In this document: positions 34,587-44,248 of the stretch, one piece after another
How positions within the stretch are numbered: the stretch's first letter is position 1
How the letters are laid out: each line of letters begins with the position of its first letter
Virus record (IMG/VR): IMGVR_UViG_3300033144_003463
Span: 1-50,020 of that record
Direction: 5' to 3' (one strand)
Length of the DNA: 50,020 nt
DNA from: a virus
Lineage: Duplodnaviria > Caudoviricetes
Position numbers and translations under genes: made by a program
Notes under the pieces: generated by a model
Databases searched by the model: none
The model's input: the letters and a program-made list of their open reading frames with translations, nothing else
Told to the model about the DNA's origin: nothing

Positions 34587-35233
34587 TTTCAGTAACAATA
34601 GGTACTCCACATAAAAGGAATCTTACTCCTGAATATGTTTTATCTTTAATTGATTTACTCAGTCATATTAATGGTAAAATTCGTGGAAGAGTTTTATTGT
34701 ATCAAAGTTCTATTATTAGCAAGGCAAGAAATAGCATTGCCTTTCAATCTGAATCTGATTATCTTTTATTTATTGATTCAGACACAGTATTTTCAGAGGA
34801 AGTATTAGACCAATTATTGGCACACGATAAGGATATTGTTGGAGCAATCCAACATTGTAAGAGTTATCCATATAAGCCAAGTGTCTATAACTTAAACGAG
34901 AGGAATCGTTTTACCGGAATCTTTGATGTGCCAGATAAGTTATTTAAGTGTGATGGAATAGGATTCGGAATTGTATTAATCAAAAGAAAGGTGTTCGATG
35001 CTTTTACAGATGATGTAATAAAAAAAATCGGTTATCCCTTTAACTTCTATGAAAGAGAAGATGACAAGATAGAAGAAGGAGAGGACCTCGGTTTCTGTAG
35101 AAGAGTAAAGGAATTAGGGTTTGAAATTTGGTGTGATCCCAATATAGACATTGGACACATGCATACGGTGGTTGTTAATCCGTCTCATTTCAAAATGGCC
35201 AAAAAATTAAACAAGGAAAAAAATGAAGCTTAA
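34583..35233 (+). CDS. Glycosyltransferase, GT-A/GT2-like (paralog of the previous gene)
   Basis: ARN, YLLFIDSD, IGFGIVLI, GEDLGFC, IGH. Confidence 0.85.
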   Translation: MISVTIGTPHKRNLTPEYVLSLIDLLSHINGKIRGRVLLYQSSIISKARNSIAFQSESDYLLFIDSDTVFSEEVLDQLLAHDKDIVGAIQHCKSYPYKPSVYNLNERNRFTGIFDVPDKLFKCDGIGFGIVLIKRKVFDAFTDDVIKKIGYPFNFYEREDDKIEEGEDLGFCRRVKELGFEIWCDPNIDIGHMHTVVVNPSHFKMAKKLNKEKNEA

Positions 35234-35732
35234 TATAGGTGCGGGTTATCGTCAGATACCGGGATATAAAAGTGTAGACATTAGAGAGGAAACTGATCCC
35301 GACTATTTAATAAATTTAGAGGACGATAATTGTTTAGAAGATATCAAAGACAATGCCGTGGATGAAGTTATTATGTCTCATTGTTTTGAGCATATTAAAA
35401 ACATTCATGGATTTATGAAAGAGTTATATCGTGTATGCAAGGACTCTGCTATGGTGCATATTATTTCTCCTTATTGGAGTCATTATACTGCAGTAGAAGA
35501 TCCTACCCATATAAGGTTTATGACAGAGAGATCAATGATGTATTTTAGTAAGGATACTATTAGCTCAGATGGAAAGCCTTTCGTTAAGGATTATAATTTT
35601 AAAACAATGGCGGTTCAAATGCATCCAGATAAAAAATATAAAGATACTCCCATAGAGGAGTTAAAAGAACTTGCAGGAAAATATATTAATGTTATTGAAT
35701 CTGTAAGTTATGAATTAAAAGTAATAAAATAA
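35223..35732 (+). CDS. Class I SAM-dependent methyltransferase
   Basis: LNIGAG, SHCFEH, ELYRVCK, DPTH. Confidence 0.85.
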   Translation: MKLNIGAGYRQIPGYKSVDIREETDPDYLINLEDDNCLEDIKDNAVDEVIMSHCFEHIKNIHGFMKELYRVCKDSAMVHIISPYWSHYTAVEDPTHIRFMTERSMMYFSKDTISSDGKPFVKDYNFKTMAVQMHPDKKYKDTPIEELKELAGKYINVIESVSYELKVIK

Positions 35733-35736
35733 AAAC

Positions 35737-36411
35737 ATGGCAATAGAACAGCCGCAATCAACGGATAAATTAAATAATCCCAGTCATTCATTATTGCATA
35801 GACAAATTGCCTCTGACGCCTCGACAAGCGCTGGGGCTATTAGTGTTGCTAGTGATGATGTCATTACAGTTAAAAACGTTATAAGGGGGGCTACAGGTTT
35901 ATGGTATAGAGCCGTTCACGTTTGTGCCTCAAGCGTTTCGCAAGGAGCTTCTGGAGCAACTTTTACAGCACCCTCTACCGATACTTTAGGCGGATATAAT
36001 ATTGATACCAACACAGAATATCTTTATTTCGGGAATAGCATTACTTCTCAATGGGATGGGGCATCTGATTTATCAGTTAGAATTACTTGGGAAGTTAATG
36101 TAAACAACACCGGTGGAGCAGATACGGATACGGTTGATTTACGATTAAACTGTTATTATAAGGGGCATGATGACGTAGCGTGTAAGTCTCAAGTCGTAGA
36201 AGAGTCAACAATCGTAGGTAAGTCGGTGCAATATAAAAGATTTACAACTTTATTTACAATAGATTGGGACGCTAGCGATAATATAGTAGAGGTGGGAGAT
36301 AAGATGAATTTTAGATTAAATTTAGAAACCGATACAAGCGAAGTCGATAACATTATTGTAAATACAATTATGTTTAGATACCAAACGGATAAAATAAACC
36401 CAGAGGTATAA
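35737..36411 (+). CDS. Virion structural protein (tail-associated)
   Basis: PSH..LH N-terminal motif and beta-sandwich C-terminus. Confidence 0.6.
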   Translation: MAIEQPQSTDKLNNPSHSLLHRQIASDASTSAGAISVASDDVITVKNVIRGATGLWYRAVHVCASSVSQGASGATFTAPSTDTLGGYNIDTNTEYLYFGNSITSQWDGASDLSVRITWEVNVNNTGGADTDTVDLRLNCYYKGHDDVACKSQVVEESTIVGKSVQYKRFTTLFTIDWDASDNIVEVGDKMNFRLNLETDTSEVDNIIVNTIMFRYQTDKINPEV

Positions 36412-36433
36412 AACAGTTGATAAATTAGGAAAG

Positions 36434-36586
36434 GTGACAGAAAAAACTTCAGAAACTGCAGCAGCTTCACCAGTAATATCAGATAGTGCGATAGCGGCAG
36501 ACGCTATACTAACCTTTGATATAGACGGAATAGCAAGCGGAACAGCTGGCAAGGGATTAGTTATTCGGCTTAAAGCAACAATATAA
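36434..36586 (+). pseudogene. Orphan C-terminal fragment of a tail-protein domain
   Basis: EKTSETAAASPVISDSAIAADAILTFDIDGIASGTAGKGLVIRL resembles a common phage tail-protein C-terminal domain; no ATG. Confidence 0.55.
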
Positions 36587-36681
36587 TGAATAAGGTTGAC
36601 AAAACAACTTGAAAAAATGTAGTAAATGATAGTAATAAGTAATCAGGACAACATAGATTTGGCGAAGTTTGAGCTAAATAG

Positions 36682-39600
36682 ATGAAAAACATATTAAATA
36701 AAATTAAAAAGTATTTTAGAAAGCCAGAGATTGAATTCAACAGACCGCTAACATCCGATGATGTTGTTAGAATGTTTAAGGAAAAGCGGTTTTATGAGTT
36801 GAAGAAACTGATGCCTAAATCAAGTTTTGGCAAAAAACAATTCAGCAGAGGGAAAACTTTGCTAATTATTTTAGGAGTTGGATTATCTGTATTATCTAAT
36901 AACCCGATTCCATTTTTTGTAATGTTGGGAATTTCTTATGGTTCGATAGTTGCATTTTTTGAAGGAACTCAAATGTATTATAATTCTTGTGCGATGTTAG
37001 ATGACACTCATTTTGTAGTTGCATATCAGGCTAGCAACCTTGGCAGAGCTTCAATAGGAGTTGTTACTGACGATGAAATAGTTTTTGGAGACGAATATAC
37101 TTTTAATTCAGCAGATTCTACTTATATTAGTTGTGCTAAAATAGATTCTACACATTTTGTAATTTCATATAGAGACGAGGGGGGCAGTGACAGAGGAGAA
37201 TCAATAATCGGAACTGTTGTCTCTGATGATGAAATATCTTATGGTTCAATATACGCTTTTAATACAGCAGGAACTAAATATGTTTCTTGTGCGGTATTAG
37301 ACTCAACACATTTTGTTGTAGCATATAGAGATGACGCAGGTGACGATAACGGTCATACAAAGATAGGAGTTATCTCAAACGATGATGAAATAGCTTTTGG
37401 TTCAGAGGACACTTTTAATGCTGGAGCAGATGTTGATTATACTTCTTGTGCTGCGTTAGATTCAACGCACTTTGTTGTAGCATATGCTGACAGCGGAGAC
37501 GATTTTGGTTATGCTCAAATCGGAGTTGTTTCTGGAAGCGACACAGTATTTGGTTCTATATATGTATTTTGTTCAGGAGCGATGTATGCTCCTATGGCTG
37601 TTTGTGCGTTAGACGCTACACATTTTGCAGTTGCTTATAGAGGAACTAATGGTGAAGCTAAAATTGGAGTTGTTTCAAACGGAAACGAAATAGCTTATGG
37701 CTCTGCATATACTTTTAATACTTCATATACCAATGATATTTCCTGTGCAAAATTAGACTCCACCAACATTGTGGTTGCGTTTAGAGACCAAGCCGATAAT
37801 GATAAAGGCAAGGCTAGAGTAGGAGTTTTTTCTTCAACTGATACAATAACTTTTGGTAGCGAAGCTACTTTTAACTCAACAAGCTCTAAAATCACCACTG
37901 TCGCAGGATTAGATGCAACTCATTTTGCGGTTTGTTATAGAGACGAGGGGGGTGCTGATTACGGAGAGGCAATAGTTGGAGTATATTCACTACCATTGGT
38001 AGTGCCAACAGTAACCACGCAAGCAGTATCAGCAATAGAAAAAACAACAGCAACAGGAAATGGAAATATAACAGATGACGGAGGAGCAACAGCAACAAGA
38101 GGTATGTGCTGGGATACTTCTTCAACTCCGACGATTACAGATAGCCACGCTACCAATGGAACAGGTGAAGGTGCTTACACGGTAGCGATGACAGGATTAA
38201 TAGCAGGGACTCATTATTATGTAAGAGCTTATGCTACTAATTCAGAGGGAACAAGCTACGGGGGCGAAGTAGAATTTGATACCGCAGAAGACGTAACGGT
38301 AAATCTAGCTGCTCAATCTCTTACATTTAGTACTATCGCGGCCACAATATTATTGGGGTGTAGCTTGGCTGTCGCCGCACAAGCTGCGACTTTTTCTATT
38401 CCAGAATATACCGTCTCTGTTAGTGATACAACCCATGAATCATCGGTTCAAGAACTTACCTTTAGTATTCCAGAGATTGAAATTCGGGGTAATTTAGTTA
38501 CAGCATGGAAATCACCTGCTACAGCAGCATCTGTTTTAATATCGGGGACAACAATACCTTGGGTTGACCCTAATAATTGTTTTTCTAGTAACGGTTCTTA
38601 CGCTACTGCAGCTCTTACTTATCCATCAACTGGCGGTGATAAAAGTTATTATCTGAAGGCAACTAATTTTAGTTGTTCTGTCCCAGCTGACGCAACTATT
38701 GAGGGGATAATAGTTGAGGTAGAAGCCAAAGGACATCTCTCAGAATATAATAAAGATGAAAGAGTCCGCATTGTAAAGGGTGACAGCATAGGTTCTACAA
38801 ATAAACCCAATGCTACTGCTTGGACACAAGATGAAACTTATTATTCTCATGGTGGTTCTGAAGATTTATGGGGAGAAACTTGGACCGCTGCTCAAATAAA
38901 CGCCTCTGACTTTGGGGTTGCTATTTCAGCTCAACAATTCACTGGTACAGCCAACTCTATGGCTTATATTGACCATGTCCGAATAAGAGTATATTATGCT
39001 TCAGACCCAGACACGGAAGTGAAGCCATCTGCCCAGGCTCTAACCTTTAGTATCCCCACTCATGGGTTTGAGATTTCAAAAACAATGGATGCCTCAGTCC
39101 AGGATTGTACATTTTCAATACCTACTCCTACATATGAATATGATTATCAAATAGATGCGACAACTCAAGGCCTAACGTTTAGCATCCCTTCTTCTGAAGT
39201 AAACATACCTAAGACCGTTGATGCGGGAGTGCAATCGGCAACCTTTAGTGTTCCCGCTTATGGGGTCAAGATTCCAAAGACCATAGACGCTAGCGTCCAA
39301 GATCTTACGTTTTCAATATTATCTCCGACCTATGAATACAGTTATCAGGTTTCGGTAAGTGCCCAGTCTGTAACGCTTAGTATCCCGACCCCTACTTATG
39401 AATATGATTATACTACGTATCCTTCGGTTCAGTCTTCAACTTTTTCCATTCCTGGATATACTGCGACAGGAGGTTCCTTGGTGTCCGTAAGTGAACAAGC
39501 GCTAACCTTTTCAATACCATCTTATGCGACTAGTGGCGGGGCTCTTTATGCCTCATCAGTACAGGAGTTAACCTTTACGATACTAGCGCCTACCTACGAA

Positions 39601-41130
39601 TATGATTATCAAATAGATGTATCTGTTCAAGATGCAACATTTAGTATTCCAACTCCTACTTACGAATACGATTACGAGATAGATGTTGCCACACAAGACA
39701 TTACTTTTACAATACCGGCAACTACAATCTCCGGCGATTCGTTAGTTAGTCCCTCAGAACAAACAATCACGGCAAGTATTCCAGCATATACTGCGGCAGG
39801 AGATTCATTGGTGTTGCCTGCCACACAAACTGTTACTTTTAGCGTACAAGAATATACAATAAGTGGAGATTGTCTTATAGAATTAGAATATGAAGTAGGT
39901 GGAGGATTAATGGTATATGATGGCGCGGCTACAAAATATGACCAAGAAAATGTTTATTACGATGGAAAGAAAGCTTTTGTAATGAGTATCCCAGAGGTTG
40001 AAATATGTCTAGAATGGTGTATCAGGCCAGATGTCCAAAATGTTACGTTTAATATTCCTGTGCCGACAATAGAATCTGATTGCATAATAGACGTTGGAGT
40101 TCAAACGGCAACATTTAGCATTCAAGAAGCAACAGCCGGAGCATTTGTAGAAGTTAGCTCAAATGTTCAAGACTTGACCTTCTCAATACCCACACCGATA
40201 TATTCATGCGATTATCAGGTGAATATATCTACTCAAGAAGTAACGTTTAGCGTCCCTACATATGCTCAAACAGGTGATTCATTATACTCGGCAAGTATCC
40301 AAGAGGCAACATTCTCTATTCCAGAATACATAATTACAGGTGATGCTCTTTATGCAAGTTTAACGCAGGAATTAACCTTTTCAATATTAACGCCAACTTA
40401 TAAATATGACTATGAGATAACTCCATCTGCCAGAACGTTAACATTAAGTGTCCCCGGATATGAAATAACTGGAGATGCGTTATCTGTATTATCAGTTCAA
40501 AATATTACCGTAAGTATCCCGTCTTTCATAGCAACTGGAAACGCCCTAGATTCACCGTCGGTTCAAGACATTACGTTTACTATCCCTGGATTTGCCATTA
40601 CTGGAGATGTGTTATATCCGGCAGGAATTCAGTCTGTTACATTTACAATCCCAACCCCAACTTACGAATACGATTATCAGGTAAATGTAAGTACTCAGAC
40701 AGGAACATTCACTGTCCCAGAATCAGCTGTGTTTATAAATATATCGACTACAACATCTGCCCAAGCAATTACTGCTAGTATTCCTGGATTTACGGTTACT
40801 GGAGAAACGTTAGTTAGTCTAGGTGCCCAAACATTAATATTCTCATTGCCATCGCTTGCCATTACGGGAGAATCAAATTATTCTTCTGGCATTCAAGAAT
40901 TAACATTCGCAATCAATGCATCAAGTGTGATAGAGGGAACCGGAACGTCCCAATCTCCATCTGTTCAAGAAGTAACGTTCAGTATTCTAAGTTATGAGGT
41001 AGAAATTCTACATCATATACAACATAGGCCAATGGGAAGCATCCAATTCTATAAACCAACATCAAGAATAATTAAGGCTAATCCAATTGTAACAATTATG
41101 AAAAACATTAATAAACCAATCGCAAGATAA
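36682..41130 (+). CDS. Giant mosaic fibre/adhesin: 7-repeat propeller, Fn3-like domain, ~30 x 22-aa repeats
   Basis: LDSTHFVVAY x7; PTVTT..YYVRAYATN; Q..TFSIP repeats with period 22. Confidence 0.8.
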   Translation: MKNILNKIKKYFRKPEIEFNRPLTSDDVVRMFKEKRFYELKKLMPKSSFGKKQFSRGKTLLIILGVGLSVLSNNPIPFFVMLGISYGSIVAFFEGTQMYYNSCAMLDDTHFVVAYQASNLGRASIGVVTDDEIVFGDEYTFNSADSTYISCAKIDSTHFVISYRDEGGSDRGESIIGTVVSDDEISYGSIYAFNTAGTKYVSCAVLDSTHFVVAYRDDAGDDNGHTKIGVISNDDEIAFGSEDTFNAGADVDYTSCAALDSTHFVVAYADSGDDFGYAQIGVVSGSDTVFGSIYVFCSGAMYAPMAVCALDATHFAVAYRGTNGEAKIGVVSNGNEIAYGSAYTFNTSYTNDISCAKLDSTNIVVAFRDQADNDKGKARVGVFSSTDTITFGSEATFNSTSSKITTVAGLDATHFAVCYRDEGGADYGEAIVGVYSLPLVVPTVTTQAVSAIEKTTATGNGNITDDGGATATRGMCWDTSSTPTITDSHATNGTGEGAYTVAMTGLIAGTHYYVRAYATNSEGTSYGGEVEFDTAEDVTVNLAAQSLTFSTIAATILLGCSLAVAAQAATFSIPEYTVSVSDTTHESSVQELTFSIPEIEIRGNLVTAWKSPATAASVLISGTTIPWVDPNNCFSSNGSYATAALTYPSTGGDKSYYLKATNFSCSVPADATIEGIIVEVEAKGHLSEYNKDERVRIVKGDSIGSTNKPNATAWTQDETYYSHGGSEDLWGETWTAAQINASDFGVAISAQQFTGTANSMAYIDHVRIRVYYASDPDTEVKPSAQALTFSIPTHGFEISKTMDASVQDCTFSIPTPTYEYDYQIDATTQGLTFSIPSSEVNIPKTVDAGVQSATFSVPAYGVKIPKTIDASVQDLTFSILSPTYEYSYQVSVSAQSVTLSIPTPTYEYDYTTYPSVQSSTFSIPGYTATGGSLVSVSEQALTFSIPSYATSGGALYASSVQELTFTILAPTYEYDYQIDVSVQDATFSIPTPTYEYDYEIDVATQDITFTIPATTISGDSLVSPSEQTITASIPAYTAAGDSLVLPATQTVTFSVQEYTISGDCLIELEYEVGGGLMVYDGAATKYDQENVYYDGKKAFVMSIPEVEICLEWCIRPDVQNVTFNIPVPTIESDCIIDVGVQTATFSIQEATAGAFVEVSSNVQDLTFSIPTPIYSCDYQVNISTQEVTFSVPTYAQTGDSLYSASIQEATFSIPEYIITGDALYASLTQELTFSILTPTYKYDYEITPSARTLTLSVPGYEITGDALSVLSVQNITVSIPSFIATGNALDSPSVQDITFTIPGFAITGDVLYPAGIQSVTFTIPTPTYEYDYQVNVSTQTGTFTVPESAVFINISTTTSAQAITASIPGFTVTGETLVSLGAQTLIFSLPSLAITGESNYSSGIQELTFAINASSVIEGTGTSQSPSVQEVTFSILSYEVEILHHIQHRPMGSIQFYKPTSRIIKANPIVTIMKNINKPIAR

Positions 41131-41145
41131 TTAAAATAAAAACTT

Positions 41146-42276
41146 ATGAGAATTATACCTATCCAAAATCAAATATTAACCCAAAACAAAAAGTCCGGAT
41201 TCCTAACCGCGGATGCTAGTTCTGGTGATAGCACACTTACCGTAGAAAGTATTGTGGGGTTTGCTGTTGACCAAATCCTTTTAGTGGGAGAACTTGGTAA
41301 TGAGGATAGTGAGATAATTCTTACGCATGCCGATACGAGTCCAACTGGATCAACCGTGACATTGGTAGAGAACTTAACGTTTGCCCATACTCAGGGATGT
41401 AGAGTATATATCATTGATTGGAGTCAGGCAAGAATATCTTGGTCTGCAACCGCCACGGGAGATAAGACAGTATTAGATACTATCGATTTACAAGCAGATC
41501 AACTAGAAACTCTTTATACAGATACGACTGAAAGTAGTGGGTATTACTTTATACAATTTAAAGAAACTATTAATGATACTTATTCCGATTATTCCGATGC
41601 AATTCCATGGGCTGGGTGGAGTACAAATCAAGTAGGATATATTATAGAAAATGCCTTAAGGCAGAATAAGACTACCTTTACCGATAGTGTAAGTCATGAT
41701 TTCTGCATAGACGAGATTAATGCATCATTAAAATATATTAATGGGAAACGTAAGAAATGGCACAGATTACAACAGTTTGATTATGATTTGGCGACAACCG
41801 TTGATGGAACAGAAAGCTATGAATGTCCTAGCGATATGTGGGGATATTCTAATAAGTCTATCTTAGATATTCATTTAGATGGAGAAGATTCTTTGATATA
41901 CCTTGATGAAAGGATGTTTAATGAAGAGGACGATGACGATACTGGAGAACCAGAATATTATACGGTTAAAGAAGGCTCTGTTTATCTGCGTCCCATTCCA
42001 GATGATGAATATGATATAAAAATAGATTATTGGAAAGAATGTCCAGAGGTAGATAGTGATGCTGATACCATTGATATGGCCCGATACGATATGGTTAAGC
42101 ATTGGTTAATGTGGAAAATAAGAGCCATGTTAAAGAATGATGGAATCATCGATATGAGAGATGGCGATTTCGTAATCTTCCAAGATATGTTAAAGGATGC
42201 ATTATGGATAGAAAGTAATACTAGTGGCCAAGGGTATAAAATGAATCCTCATATAAATAAAATTCAATATAAATAA
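41146..42276 (+). CDS. Head-tail adaptor / tail tubular A-like protein with N-terminal extension
   Basis: GEPEYY..VYLRPIPD..IKIDYW; position in the tail module. Confidence 0.6.
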   Translation: MRIIPIQNQILTQNKKSGFLTADASSGDSTLTVESIVGFAVDQILLVGELGNEDSEIILTHADTSPTGSTVTLVENLTFAHTQGCRVYIIDWSQARISWSATATGDKTVLDTIDLQADQLETLYTDTTESSGYYFIQFKETINDTYSDYSDAIPWAGWSTNQVGYIIENALRQNKTTFTDSVSHDFCIDEINASLKYINGKRKKWHRLQQFDYDLATTVDGTESYECPSDMWGYSNKSILDIHLDGEDSLIYLDERMFNEEDDDDTGEPEYYTVKEGSVYLRPIPDDEYDIKIDYWKECPEVDSDADTIDMARYDMVKHWLMWKIRAMLKNDGIIDMRDGDFVIFQDMLKDALWIESNTSGQGYKMNPHINKIQYK

Positions 42277-42839
42277 TGAATGGTAATCTAGGGAAAATTA
42301 GAACGCCTGAAATGAAAAAAAGATATAGCGAGTCCAAAATGGGTGAGAAGAATCCCATGTACGGGAAAAAATATAGTAAAAAAGAAAAGGAAAAAATGAG
42401 CGAAATACTTAAGGGTAGAATGCCATGGAATCATAGGAGGAGACTATCAAAAGTTCACAAAGAAAATATTAGAATAGCAATGTTGAAACATGCCGCCAGA
42501 GGGGAAAGTCATTATCGCTGGAATTTAGATAGGGAGGCGGTGAGAAGGGATTTGAGAAATGATCCAGAGTATAAACAATGGAGGTATCGGGTTTTCAAAA
42601 GAGATAGACATGTTTGTAGAATGAATAACCAAGATTGTTTTGGAAAGGTACAAGCTCATCATATTTTGCCTTGGAAGGGTTATCCAAAAGAGAGATATAA
42701 TATTAATAATGGCATTACATTATGCCAAGCCCATCATCCAACTACGCGGGCTGAAGAGAAACGGCTGATTCCATTGTTTCAGGGATTAGTGTCAGTATCA
42801 AATGAAATAATTTGCCAAAAGTTGCACCACAAAATATAA
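42276..42839 (+). CDS. NUMOD3 + HNH homing endonuclease
   Basis: GEKNPMYGKK; WR..VFKRD..C; AHHILPW..NNGITLC..H. Confidence 0.85.
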   Translation: MNGNLGKIRTPEMKKRYSESKMGEKNPMYGKKYSKKEKEKMSEILKGRMPWNHRRRLSKVHKENIRIAMLKHAARGESHYRWNLDREAVRRDLRNDPEYKQWRYRVFKRDRHVCRMNNQDCFGKVQAHHILPWKGYPKERYNINNGITLCQAHHPTTRAEEKRLIPLFQGLVSVSNEIICQKLHHKI

Positions 42840-44248
42840 GAGATTGCTCAGAGGGAATTATCCAGTCTGTTGACCCAGCCATAGTCGCACCGAATAGTGT
42901 TTACTTAGCGGTGAATTTTCTATTCCATAAATACTTAGGCAGGGCGAAATTAAGAGGTGGAACAACTCAACTTGGAACACAGATAGTTAATAATAAAACA
43001 ATCCTGGGGCTTTATCAACACATTACTGCTAGCGGGACAAAGGTTCCATTAGCTGTTATTAACGATTCAGGAGATGCAAACTCAGACGTTTTTGCTTACA
43101 CTGCTGGTACGTGGAGTATTTGTACTGGTACTGGAATCAATTTAACAAAGAATAAAAAGGCCCACCTTGTAACATTTTTAGACACAACCGCATTGGTAAA
43201 CGGATCTGAACAGATCTCAACAACTGATGGAGAGGCGTGGGTAAACACTGGTGGAAACCTAGACATAGGAAATATGCCAGCAGCCAAATATATAATAGAA
43301 TTTAAAGATAGGGTTTATGTGGCCGGAGTATCTGGCAATTTAGATACATTATATTATTCATCAATAAGAGACGCTGGTGCAATTAGTTGGACAGTAGGGA
43401 ATGGTAATATACCGATAGAAGAAGAGGAGGGGGCTGGTGCAATAACAGGGCTAGCCAAGGTTCCTGGTTATTTATTAGTTTTTAAAGAAAGATCTTTAAA
43501 GAGATGGGATGTACAATCAACATATCCAGAAAGTTTAATTGATATAGGATGTCCATCACAAGAAGGAATTGTAATGACGCGACAATTAGCATATTACTTT
43601 AATAAGAGAGGTATTTTTGAAACGAATGGTGGTTACCCCAGAAAGATCTCACGCAGGATACAAGACATTATAGATGCTATTCCATCAAGTTATTATTCAT
43701 CCGTATCTGGATGGGGAGATGGAGAGAATGTTTATTTCTCAATAGGAGATATTACAATAGATGATTTAGATATTACCAACTGTGTAATAGCATATAATAT
43801 AGATACTAAAACTTGGAGTCTGTTATCATTTCCGAATGAGTTCATGGTATGGTATCACTATGTAGATAGTAACGGAGATGAAATAGTCGTAGCAGGAGAT
43901 GATGATGGAAATGTATGGAAGGTATTTGAGGGGACGCAAGATGGAAGTTCTGATATTTCTTGGTTGCTTCAATATCATCCACAAGAATTTGGATCTCGTG
44001 GTAGATTAAAAGATATAACTAATTTAGTTGTATATACCAAAAATGTCCGTAATGGAATATTAAATTGTAGAACCAATGAAGATGGAAACTTTAAGCCAGT
44101 GGGGAACATAACAAAAGATGTTCAGCATATTACAACTGGACTAAGGGGACATTCTTTTGAATTTAGATTAAATGGAATTGGAATTAACTCACAAATAATA
44201 GGAATTGATTTACCAGACTTAAATATTAATCTTAGTTATGATGACTAG
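42812..44248 (+). CDS. Tail nozzle / P22 gp10- or tubular B-like stabilisation protein
   Basis: Propeller-like FKDRVYVAG..LYYS, GAITGL, LLVFKE, IGC motifs; TTG start. Confidence 0.65.
   Translation: MPKVAPQNIRDCSEGIIQSVDPAIVAPNSVYLAVNFLFHKYLGRAKLRGGTTQLGTQIVNNKTILGLYQHITASGTKVPLAVINDSGDANSDVFAYTAGTWSICTGTGINLTKNKKAHLVTFLDTTALVNGSEQISTTDGEAWVNTGGNLDIGNMPAAKYIIEFKDRVYVAGVSGNLDTLYYSSIRDAGAISWTVGNGNIPIEEEEGAGAITGLAKVPGYLLVFKERSLKRWDVQSTYPESLIDIGCPSQEGIVMTRQLAYYFNKRGIFETNGGYPRKISRRIQDIIDAIPSSYYSSVSGWGDGENVYFSIGDITIDDLDITNCVIAYNIDTKTWSLLSFPNEFMVWYHYVDSNGDEIVVAGDDDGNVWKVFEGTQDGSSDISWLLQYHPQEFGSRGRLKDITNLVVYTKNVRNGILNCRTNEDGNFKPVGNITKDVQHITTGLRGHSFEFRLNGIGINSQIIGIDLPDLNINLSYDD

Noticed and set aside
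36950-41000. CRISPR array or DGR target in the repeat-rich fibre gene
   Set aside because: The repeats are degenerate and at the protein level; there is no reverse transcriptase and no TR/VR pair with adenine-specific differences
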